NCBI GenBank assembly: GCA_951406725.2
Contig: OX597835.1
Coordinates: forward strand, 1,922,001-1,986,000
Origin: Octopus vulgaris
Lineage: Eukaryota
DNA: 64,000 nt
Reading direction: 5' to 3'
In this document: positions 53,898-64,000 of the stretch, piece by piece
Layout: each line of letters begins with the position of its first letter
Numbering within the stretch: the stretch's first letter is position 1
Program-made: the position numbers and the translations under genes
Notes under the pieces: generated by a model
What the model was told of the DNA's origin: nothing
The model's input: only the letters and a program-made list of their open reading frames with translations
The model's database searches: none

Positions 53898-54564
53898 TAA
53901 ATGGAGTTAAACGCAGGTGCTATTCAAATTCTTTTACTTCCGACATATGTTTCAAAGACAACGTTGGTATTATTCCAGAAGGAATAAAATGTGTAAAATA
54001 ATCCATTCTTCTCATCAAAGAAAGAAACCAAACATATCAAGAAGACATTTTAACAGAAATGTTTTTTATCGTGTTCTCAGTAAACACGTTTATAGAACGC
54101 AATTATCGTCACAAACATTGGCAGAAACATACCTTTAGTTCCTATAAGTGATTTCTACCATTCTATAAAATTCCACCTTTCACTGTCTTCTTACATTTCA
54201 CTTCCACTAAATATATCTACTTCTTCAAGCTTTATTCTAATTCACCTATCACTCTATATCTCTCCACTATTAGTTTTCTGCTAATTTCTTTCTTTCTCTT
54301 TCTCTTCCTATAAACTTCCTTTGATGTTATATCTACTAACGGTATTTAAAAAAAAAAAATTCATAGCGTTCCCTTCATCCTTATACGCAGTCATCCCATT
54401 CTGTTAAAATGTCTTGTTGATGTGTTTGGTTTCTTTCTTTCCCTGATGAGAAGATTGCATTGTTTTACACCATCTTATTCCTTCTGGAATAATACCAGTC
54501 TTGTCTTCGAAACATATGTCAGAAGTAAAAGAATTTGAATAACATCTATGCTTAAATCCATTTA
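53898..54564 (+). mobile_element. Penelope-like element (PLE) 3' fragment with an inverted pseudo-LTR
   Basis: 53898-54061 is inverted against 54397-54564. The interior encodes a decayed EMFFIVF...HKHWQKHTFSSYK* endonuclease tail, and both arms carry hammerhead motifs. Confidence 0.8.
54438..54525 (+). ncRNA. Type I hammerhead ribozyme motif (PLE-type)
   Basis: TTTCC-CTGATGA-GAAGA[49 nt]TCTTC-GAAA-CATATG-TC-AGAAG. Intact core, 5-bp stem II, palindromic stem III; one mismatch in stem I next to the core. Confidence 0.75.
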
Positions 54565-56154
54565 TTTATCTATATCATACAAAACATTTCACCTAAACCT
54601 GGAGTTTCTACCTTTATAAGTAGGCTGTTACATCCTTGGTGCTTGTGTGAATTTTTGCTACACTGGTAACTGTTTATTTTTACTGTGTTATTTGTAACTC
54701 AGAACATAGTAACAGGCAAACTACCACTAAGCTTTTCATCCGTCAGGCTAATTAATGATTCTGCCAGCTAATGACAATAATACACTTTCTACCATGAACC
54801 ATTTTTTAAAACTAAAACTGTCGTCTTCGTGACATCTGCATTTTAGTCCTTCATGCACAACATGCTTGTACACATTTCGTCCTAAATGAAACAAATTTTG
54901 TCCTAAATGAAACAGCTTGCCAAATTCAACTCACGAAACGATTCCAGAATCCTTTAATTTTTTTCAAAATCCATAATTTATATTATCAGGTCCGTCATTC
55001 TGCAGTAATTCATTTATTTTGGCAAAAAGTCTCCTATATGTGTCTGGACTTTTGTCAGAGGGCAATGTGGACAATCGTGGGACATTAAAATTATCAATTT
55101 GAATGTGAAGTATATATGACTGAAAAAGTATACTGGAACAGCACTTAAACGTTCCATCTGCCGGCCAGTTCTTGAGCTGCTTTAACTGTCAAAGTGCTTC
55201 GTCACTCGCAGATATTAGGATTCGTTTTGAATCTTCCATCCTGCTGTCACACTTTAAAATGTTTCATCATTGTCAATGTAAGAATATTCACTTCACTTGG
55301 AATGGAAAACCCAAAATTTGTAAGTGGGGTGGCAAGGACAGTTGGAATCAGCTCCTGAAAAATGTAACACATGGAGCTCTACAATGAGGGAGTTAAGGCC
55401 CCTATTGGGGTGGGGGTCTCAAAATCAACCAGAGAAGATTAATTGTTGGGAATCTTTTTTAACTTATATCTATTGTTCAAATTTCTTTGAAATCGGAAAT
55501 ATATGAATGTTCACTGGGTTTGTGAAAAAGAGCAAAGCAACAGGAAACCAAAAGACAAATGATCACAATAAGCAGTCAGCTATCCTGCCCTAGTCATTAC
55601 CACTCCCCAATGTAAGATTTCTCATCATACAGGTGAGCAGCACAGCCATAAGATGCATTACAGATCTATAGCAATTGGAAGGGCGTGACCCAACTCAAAT
55701 AAACACTGACAACCATGTGACGTGAGGACTGAGGGGAAATGAAAGTGTCACCTCTGGAGTTTGCCAACGATCCCCATGCCGATAGGTAACTTGAACAGAA
55801 TAAATTTGCAATCTATAAATCTCTTTGAATGACCAATCATTTGTCTGGAAAGGCCTTGAAATCAATGTTGCCATCTGGGGACTATGTGTGACCCAGTAAT
55901 AATAAAAAGACTCAAAGGAGGTCTGCAACCAAATAACTTCACTGAAAATAACACTTTGCAACCGAATCAGTGGAGGCAAAGATGCTACTCTTTTACGTGA
56001 CAATTTATGCGCCACATTACAGAAATCACAATCTAAGTATATCTCAAAGCAAACTCTTACACTGTTTTACCATTGAATTACAAATAACGCTCATCTTGTA
56101 TGCTCAGGTGACTCTACAAGCTTCCCAGACTACAACTGTAGTCGTCTTGGCTTA

Positions 56155-56582
56155 GGAAAAATGACTAGATTGTAGGGGTTAAGCCCACATTAAAGGGTCT
56201 TACTAACTCCTAAGAAGTTGAAATTTTAGGAATATTACTTCATTTGTGTCTAATATCTATGGTTAGAATTTCATCAACAGCAAAAATATATGAATTTCTA
56301 TGGGAGTTATGGCCTCATTTATGCCCCCTCACTTTCAAACATATACTACATTAGATCGGCCCTTATGCATAGAATATAATTTCCAAATTTCATAAAGATC
56401 TATTCAGTAATTTTGACATAGTTTTGGATCATAAAAAATGACTAAAATTTGGAAGTTAGGGGTCTTTGAATCCTCATGAAGAGCGGAAACTTTGGGAACA
56501 CTTCTTGATGTCTGTCAATTACCTATGGTTGAAACATCATCAACATCGGAAACTTATGAATTTTCATAGGGATTCTGCTCCC
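56155..56582. repeat. Degenerate ~275-bp tandem duplication (Helitron/Helentron-like body)
   Basis: AAAAATGACTA...GGGTCTT...CTATGGTT.AA..TCATCAACA...TATGAATTT...GGGA occurs at 56157 and again at 56434. The class assignment is a guess. Confidence 0.5.
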
Positions 56583-57053
56583 TTTAAGTCTTTAGCCTGC
56601 CTGAAACCACCTCTGACTCTGTAGCACAAATGTCTTGTTTTCAAAAGTTCTGAATTAAAATCTACCGCCAAACCCTCGTCACAATTTATGTTCCTAACAC
56701 TAGCTTCCTAATAACTAAATTGTTTTATTAGACTCTTTGTTATATTTTAAATTAATTGAAAGAAACACAAAGCATCTCAACAGGGTTGAGTCACCTCAAA
56801 TTCAAACCAGGAAGAGATGGGAATGTAAATTAACCAACACCAGTTGTGAAGCAGTGATGAGTGAGAAACACAGACACACACATACACTTCCATATATGCA
56901 TATATATACGATTGATTTCTTTCAGTTTCTCTCACAAGGCTCTGGTTGGTCTGAAGTTATAGAAGACATATGCCAAGTTACCATACAGTGGGACTGCACC
57001 AAGGACCATGTGCTTTGGAACCAAGTTTCTTACCACACAGCCACTCCTGCACC

Positions 57054-57086
<33 letters not shown>

Positions 57087-57270
57087 GTATATGCATGTAT
57101 ATATGTGTGTATGTATATACATATGTATAAATATATATGTATGCATGTATATATGTGTACATATTACATATACATTTCTATATACATATATATACATACA
57201 TATGTACACATATATACACATCTATATGCATACATATATTTATACATATATACATATATGAACATACAAA

Positions 57271-57313
<43 letters not shown>

Positions 57314-57326
57314 GTGCAGATGTATA

Positions 57327-57619
57327 CAAGAAAGAAATTAGCAGAAAACTAATAGTGGAGAGATATAGAGTGATAGGTGAATTGGAATAAAGCTTGAAGA
57401 AGTAGATATATTTAGTGGAAGTGAAATGTAAGAAGACAGTGAAAGGTGGAATTTTATAGAATGGTAGAAATCACTTATAGGAACTAAAGGTATGTTTCTG
57501 CCAATGTTTGCAATGATAAATGCATTCTCTAAACATGTTTAGAAAGGGATTCTTTGAGAATAGAATAAAAAACATTTCACAATTACAAAGTGAGCAGAAA
57601 GGTTTACCTTTGTCATACA

Positions 57620-57620
<1 letters not shown>
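57327..57620 (-). mobile_element. Penelope-like element fragment (GIY-YIG C-terminus plus 3' UTR), inserted in (TA)n
   Basis: YDKGKPFCSLCNCEMFFILFSKNPFLNMFRECIYHCKHWQKHTF fits the CxLCxxExxxI...LNxxxE...CxH pattern of PLE endonuclease ends. 57327-57510 is a near-identical inverted copy of ~54110-54293. Confidence 0.8.
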
Positions 57621-57658
<38 letters not shown>

Positions 57659-57695
57659 TCTATACATATTTGCATATTCATCTGTACATATACAA

Positions 57696-57738
<43 letters not shown>

Positions 57739-58131
57739 CAAACATACATACATAACATATATGTATGTATGTATGTTTTTACGTGAGGTATACATGTGAG
57801 ATAATAGTCAAACTGTTAAACTGAAAGTGTGTCACATTACAATAGAGATGTTATTGTTTCACTTTTGATACGTGATAATGAAATAGTGTAACAGATAAGA
57901 GACTACTCTGGGCTTGCATTCGGCAATAAGCTGAAAAATTTTTTTGGGCCCCTGACACTGCATGGAACCCTACGTAAGTTATGTGTAAAATTTGAATGAA
58001 ATCGGTTGTGTATTTCTCGAGTTTTAGGGATTCACACAGACAGACAGACATATATTCTCATCAGCCAATAATCAAGATCCTGATTATTGCCCCTCCTTCC
58101 CCATCTGAGTCATATAAAAAACATGCAACAC

Positions 58132-58166
<35 letters not shown>

Positions 58167-58249
58167 AGGAGTACAGTAAAACCATTCAATGGCAACTTTC
58201 GAATCCCAACTGAACCATTTTCAATATTGTCGCCACCAAGAGCCTATTC

Positions 58250-58443
58250 ATCTATGGTCACTCAATCTGTTAGAAATAGCAGTCAAATTTCCTTCAAGTC
58301 ACATATGACTCTCGTAAAAAAAAATAGGGGAAGACACATTGGATAATAAAATAATACACTATATCTGGAAAATAATGGATGGTCATAGTTGGAATGCCTT
58401 AAATCATAGGTCAGCTCAATCAGACTGAGTTGAACTGAACAAC
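58250..58443 (+). mobile_element. Dispersed retroposon-like repeat, family D
   Basis: TAGAAATAGCAG(C/T)CAAAT...TTGGATAAT...GGATGGTCAT.G.TGGAATGCCT...AACAAC. Recurs at ~200-430, 3460-3600, 17210-17320, 26270-26420, 35880-35940(-), 60590-60780, 62200-62340(-) and 62990-63090(-). Confidence 0.7.
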
Positions 58444-58622
58444 AGTGGAGAGGATGCAATATGTTCAGTCATACCTCACACATGCAACTGACCGTTTCAT
58501 GTGAGAGTGTGTGCAATGGTCCATAGCAAGATGACAATCTAATTTAACACTAAAACCTAAACTAGCCAAAGCTCAATGACTTTTTTCTAACATAGCTATG
58601 TGGTAAGAAGTTTGGTAAGAAA

Positions 58623-59022
58623 GGCAGTGAGCTGGCAGAAACATTAGCACGAAGGGCGAAATGCTTAGTGGTATTTCGTCTGCCATTATGTTCAAGTTCT
58701 GCCGAGGTCGACTTTGCCTTTCATCCTTCCGGGGTCGATTAAATAAGTGCCAGTTACGCACTGGGGTCGATATAATCGACTTAATCCATTTGTCTGTCCT
58801 CTCTGTGTTTAACCCCTTGTGGGTAGTAAAGAAATAGGTATTTTGTCTGCCGTTATGTTCTGAGTCCAAATTCCGCCAAAGTCGACTTTGCCTTTCATCC
58901 TTTCGGGGTTGATAAATTAAGTACTAGTTCCACCCTGGAGTCGATGTAATCGACTTAATCCCTTTGTCTGTCCTTGTTTGTGCCCTCTATGTTTAGCCCC
59001 TTGTGGGCAATAAAGAAATAAG
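58623..59022 (+). mobile_element. tRNA-derived SINE, family B (partial dimer)
   Basis: GGCAGTGAGCTGGCAGAAAC head, with GAGGTCGACTTTGCCTTTCATCC...GGGGTCGAT...AAGTACCAGTT body present twice. Other copies at ~2265-2450(-), 8580-9260(-, cluster), 38930-39310(-), 43970-44100(+) and 61680-61870(-). Confidence 0.88.
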
Positions 59023-59114
59023 AAGTTTGCTTCCCAGCCTTATAATATCAGGTGGAGGTTGGTAACATGGAAGGCAATCAGGCCATAGAAAATCTGTCTC
59101 AGCAATCTGCTTAA

Positions 59115-59319
59115 CCCGTTAGCATTTAAACCAGCCATATGTGGCCAAAATATTCTAACCAGTTCCAGCCTCTTCAACCTACCCTACAATGTCAATCTAA
59201 CAATAAACAATCACACCATAAATATTTGAAAGCGACCAGGTAAATGCATGATTAATTCAAAACAATGTGAATAAATAAGCAGAGAACATTTGAGAGAAAA
59301 AAATCTGAACCCTAAAGGG
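59115..59319. mobile_element. TTAA-flanked MITE (piggyBac-like)
   Basis: TTAA|CCCGTTAGCATTT ... CTAAAGGG|TTAA. Confidence 0.75.
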
Positions 59320-59451
59320 TTAATCAAGACTGACCAAGAGCAACAAACATGATACACAAACCAATGAAGGAGCTACAACTAAGCCACTTTCTACGCTAAA
59401 AATAACAACCAAATCTCCTCCAAATCACATCCTAACATCTTAAAAAAAAGT

Positions 59452-59818
59452 TTTGTTTTACTCTTTTACTTGTTTCAGTCATCTGACTGTGGCCATGCTG
59501 GAGCACCACCTTTCAATAAAATCAACCCCAGGACTTATTCTTTGGAAGTCTAGTACTTACTCTATCATTCTCTTTTGCCGAACCTCTAAGGTACGGGGAC
59601 GTAAACACACCAGCATCGGTTGTCAAGCGATGTTGGGGGGGACAAACACAGACACACAAACACATATATACAACGGGCTTCTTTCAGTTTCTGTTTACCA
59701 AATCCACTCACAAGGCTTTGGTCAGCCCAAGGCTTATTGTAGAAGACACTTTGCCCAAGGTGCCAACCAAGGTGTGGTTGGCAAGCAAGCTACTTATCAC
59801 ACAGCCACTCCTACGCCT
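59452..59818 (-). mobile_element. tRNA-derived SINE, family A
   Basis: Reverse complement of the 63191 element, with an internal deletion near the B-box. Confidence 0.88.
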
Positions 59819-59929
59819 ATAAATAATACAAACGAGTCAGCAAGGAAACATCTACTTGGTCATTTGAACTGCTGAAGGATGGTCACAGTTGGAACATCTT
59901 TGGTTATATGTTTGTTTGCTGTATTACAG

Positions 59930-60072
59930 TTGACTTGTTACTAAATAAAAACCCCAAGAAAACTACAGTCCCTATACAGTTACCCCCTGCAAGCCAGTCC
60001 AATTTGCAGTGTGTACAAACTAGTGGTTCTCAGTCTGATAGTGGGAGTACAACTTCCTTGAAGGAATGGCTG
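59930..60072 (+). CDS. Candidate exon C of an unknown divergent plus-strand gene
   Basis: Acceptor tttgtttgctgtattacag| and donor CTG|gtaagc. 143 bp of non-repetitive sequence, open in phase 1-0 (DLLLNKNPKKTTVPIQLPPASQSNLQCVQTSGSQSDSGSTTSLKEWL). Confidence 0.45.
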
Positions 60073-60832
60073 GTAAGCTATTGTACATGTATGTGTAATA
60101 GAAAGCCTTGCTATTGAACAAATGTGATAAAAATCTTTCCTACCATGACTGTCCTGTCTTACAGTATCTAGGATTAGTTCTTGTAAATGGAGTTCTTGAT
60201 ATGGATTCTGTTTCATTTGTGTTCAAATAGTCCAGTGATTGCCAATGTTCTTAGCTTGGTGTGTTTAAATTTGAATTTCTTTAATGGTCCTGTCTTTTAT
60301 TTAAGGAGTCTTTTATTGTATGAAAGGTGTTACTGCCATGACCATCACGTCTGTTTTTAGACAAGACTATTTTATCCAATGTGTGCTTTTTTTTAAAATC
60401 AGTAGTCAGTTGAGGGAAGTTTGTCTGCTATTTCTTGCAGAATGATCAACCACATAATTTCCCTTATGGACTCTACACATACATTCACATTTGCAGTTAG
60501 AAGAAATATCAAAGAATTTTGTTCCATTTCTGTGAATATCTCCAGTTGTTTCCCTATATTTGAATCATGTCAACAAGGAAGCCTATAACTGGCTATTCGA
60601 TTTGCTAGAAATAGCAGCCAAATTTCTTCTGTTGAAAAAATAAAAGGTGTGGGATGTGTTGGATAATGTAATCATAGGGACCCAATGCTCAAAAAAATAT
60701 AAGAGATGGAATGGTCACTGATGGGACATTTTTGATCATAGATTTGCATTCGTGGAGCTGAAATGGTGCTAAATAACATTCTCTTGGAGATTTTAATAAC
60801 TTTCAGTTCTTTATTTATTGTTTATTTGTTAG

Positions 60833-60907
60833 ATATTTCTATCCCATATTTGTTTACGAGAGGATTCTTGTCTTTCTTGGATTCCAGTAATTAATTTGCC
60901 AGAATGA
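60833..60907 (+). CDS. Candidate terminal coding exon D of an unknown plus-strand gene
   Basis: Acceptor ctttatttattgtttatttgttag|, then phase-0 frame IFLSHICLREDSCLSWIPVINLPE*. Confidence 0.2.
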   Translation: MFLSHICLREDSCLSWIPVINLPE

Positions 60908-61250
60908 AGGGAATGTGGTATGAAGAATCTGGCGACTGCGGACAAGTCAGCTTCTTTAAATATGAAGAAGAAGAAGCTCAAATATTTGTTTTTTTCCGTG
61001 GATGTGATGATTAATAATATTATTGAATTGGGAATTAGATGATGGAACGATAAGAGAGAGGAAAGGCGAGAGAGAGAGAGACAGGATGAGGGAGGGGGAG
61101 AAATTTCAAGGGACAAAAGTAGTGTTAGAGAGGGGGGGGGAGAAAAGACACAAGAAAAGGAAAGAGGAGATAGTGTGTGGGTGGGGGGGCAAAGACGATA
61201 TTGAAAGATAGAATGGTGGGGAAAGCGGTGGATGGAGCAAAAAGAGGAGC

Positions 61251-61282
<32 letters not shown>

Positions 61283-63190
61283 TGTGTGTGTGTGTGTGTA
61301 GTAGAGAAATGTAATGAGAGATGTGAAGGGAGAGGACATGTAAATGAGACTGTAGAGATGGGAAAAGGAAAATGTAAAAGTAGAGAGAGAGAGAGAGAGG
61401 GAGAGTGAGTGTACGAGGTAATGATTGCTTAGCCTAAGTCAACTCAGTCGAATGCATTCTAGCCGTGACTCTCCCGTCTTTTTAAGAGTAACTAGGACTG
61501 TATTATCCAGCTCTACCAGGATTACATTGTCCGTACTGTGCGAGAAAGTGTATAGAAACAGAGAGTATAAAGAGAGAGAGAGAGAGAGAGAGAGAGGAAT
61601 GAAAAGAGAAAGATTGCAGGGAAGGAAGCGAGAGGAGAGAGAAAAAGGGGACGAAGAACAGCAGGTTTAATTACTTCTCGTAAAGGCGCCAGACCTGAAC
61701 CTTTGTCAGTCGTTTAAATCATCCCAGTACCTCTCTAGTTTTATTGTTTTTTTTTTATCGACCCAGAAGGGATGAAACGGCAAAGCCGACCCCGCCGGCA
61801 TTTGAACTCGGAATGTAAAAATGTCGGAATACCGCAAAGTATTTCCTCCGACGCTGTCGATTCTGCCAGGCCTAACATCGTTCATATGTATTCTGTGTAA
61901 ACATAATTCCATTCACATCTCGGATGCCTTTTAAGGGAAATTAAAACCAACTCCTGTCTACAAAGAGTTCGTTATTTAATCGTCTGCAGAAAGACAGAAA
62001 GGAAATTTCACCTCGACAGAATTTGAACTCAGAATGTAAAAAGATAGTCGTAAGTGGGACACTTTGGGTCTGCTTAATAAGGTGACCCAAGACCGAACAA
62101 CGGACGCTTTCGAGTTCCTCTTTCGAATCAGGTCCACGAATCCTCCATCGCTATTTAGCCCCAACACTGTTCGAACAGGATTATGATTAAAGACATTCTA
62201 ACCGCGACCATCCTGTTTTTTTTTTTTTTTTATTCAAACATTGGTGTCTCTAGGTCTAAATACACTTTTCTTTAAACATGTAGGGTGTGAGTTGAAGAAT
62301 TGGCTGCTATTTCTAGCAAATCAAGCTCCCCTGTTGACTCATACGTTTTCATTATAATCTCCCTGGTGAATAAACAATAACCATCAATAAAACTGTCGGT
62401 TTTACATAATTAATCAATTAAAGTTAATAACTCACGGACGCCACACATAAGAAAGACAATAATTTATGTAATGAGCATAAAAAAAATATGGCGATCTTTC
62501 GTTTTATGTACATATAATGATAGGCAACTACAGAAAGCAATCGTCAAATCATGGCACAGTAAATCAGAGCTTTCATTTCGTAGGTCCCGACGATGCAGTG
62601 TAGCATACAAACACAATAGAGGGACGGGGCTCATCGAAACACCATGCTTGGAACTTCAGATAATGTTCTTCCCCCAATATACATGAAGTTTCCTTGGTGT
62701 TTATTTCTATAAATATAAGATATGGAGGATCTATTTACGAAATGAAGACTTCGGTTTACCACCAGTGTAATGGTTTGGTAACTGTTGTCCATCATAATAT
62801 GTACAAAAAGAAAAACCGAGAAGTCACCAAATTTGCTCTAAATAGAAATACTTCTGCGGTGAGGAAAAAAACAAACCAAAACAATATTAGCTCAATGACT
62901 AAATATTATTTTAATCAGAACGGTAAGGAGAGACATCTCCGGACATGTTTTGGCTTTATCTCTTGAGTCAAGGACACGAACAATTATCGCTTTTAGATAG
63001 CTGAATTGTTGCGGTTTAGCCTCAGGCCAATCTTGAGTCAGCAAACAGGATCAAAGATATTCCGTCCGTGATCATCCTGTCTTTTTATTCAACTTGGTCT
63101 AAATGGAGTGGGCGGAGACTTCATACAGTTCTTGATGAAGCAGTGATAAATAATTAACAGTACATAGAAATCTGCGATTTATATTTTGTT

Positions 63191-63606
63191 GTGGCTGTGT
63201 GGTAAGTAGCTTGCTTTACGAACCACATGGTTCCGGGTTCAGTCCCACTGCGTGACACCTTGGGCAAGTGTCTTCTACTATAGCCTCGGGCCGACCAAAG
63301 CCTTGTGGGTGGATTTGGTAGACGGAAACTGAAAGAAGCCCGTCGTATATATGTGTATATATGTATATTTATATATATATGTGTGTGTGTATATATTTTT
63401 GTGTCTGTGTCTGTCCCCCCAACATCGCTTGACAACCGATGATGATGATGTGTTTACGTCCCCGTAACTAAGCGGTTCGGCAAAAGTGACCGATAGAATA
63501 AGGACTAGGCTTACAAAGAATAAATCCTGGGGTCGATTTGCTCGACTAAAGGCGGTGCTCCAGCATGGCCACAGTCAAATGACTGAAACAAGAGAGTAAA
63601 GAGAGG
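63191..63606 (+). mobile_element. Near full-length tRNA-derived SINE, family A (octopus OR-type/CORE-like)
   Basis: A-box TGGCTGTGTGG, B-box GGTTCAGTCCC, CORE-like CCTTGGGCAAGTG, internal microsatellite and 3' CAGCATGGCCACAGTCAAATGACTGAAAC. Many other copies at ~1310-1670(-), 2730-2910(+), 5500-5895(-), 6040-6322(-), 43210-43400(+), 48920-49130(-), 51525-51870(+), 52285-52670(-) and 56860-57053(-). Confidence 0.9.
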
Positions 63607-64000
63607 GTATAAGCGGTCACATTTTTGACGGGGGGGGGGGGTTTACCTCCAAAACCACATCGGCTTTTCAGTTCTTAGTGACAACACAAAAACTGACAAA
63701 AGCGAATTCAAATGAAAATATAAATTCTGTCCTTAAAACCTTTTCGTCACTATATTTCAGCCTATGGGCGTTTCAGTTAACTTTGAAAATAATCCATAAT
63801 CTTGAGAGATTTAGTAAAATAAGTAATTTTTTTCCCACCGTTATGCCCTGCTTGGAACAACGAAAATTTCCAACTAAAATTAAAATTATGATGTAAGATT
63901 TTAATTTAAATACGAACTTTTTAAAACAGACGGTTTTTTTTTTTTTATCAGGAAGGTTAAATGCTGATAAATCCTTCCCCACCCACCCATATTCAACCTC

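Noticed and set aside
63191-63260. tRNA genes suggested by A/B boxes (also 16100-16165 and 58623-58700)
   Set aside because: These are SINE heads continuing into repeat bodies; no complete cloverleaf.

Overview
AT-rich, repeat-dense eukaryotic DNA. The tRNA-derived SINE families, RTE/CR1 LINE relics, Penelope fragments and heavy (TA)n/(CA)n load point to an octopod cephalopod; this is inferred from repeat content, not a database hit. The only secure gene is the 5' half of a casein kinase I delta/epsilon (doubletime-type) gene on the minus strand. It has three coding exons of 76, 111 and 149 bp (46073-45998, 17645-17535, 2033-1885; residues 1-112), separated by introns of about 28.4 kb and 15.5 kb, and continues off the left edge. 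The ATG sits directly after a splice acceptor, so an upstream exon must exist, probably in the CpG-rich 47.7-48.2 kb region. That region may be a bidirectional promoter for a candidate spliced plus-strand gene (48.5-60.9 kb). Almost all ORF-track entries are microsatellite or transposon noise. The most interesting non-obvious signals are: several Penelope-type minimal hammerhead ribozyme motifs, three of them sense to the CK1 pre-mRNA and one in the loop of a 162-bp foldback; a near-perfect 93-bp inverted duplication around a retroposon tail; a tandem array of putative H-type pseudoknots in an RTE 3' region; a NAGNAG acceptor; unusual C71G and L102P substitutions in CK1; and a possible intronic promoter. 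I see no evidence for a wholly new multi-gene system. The findings are testable hypotheses.
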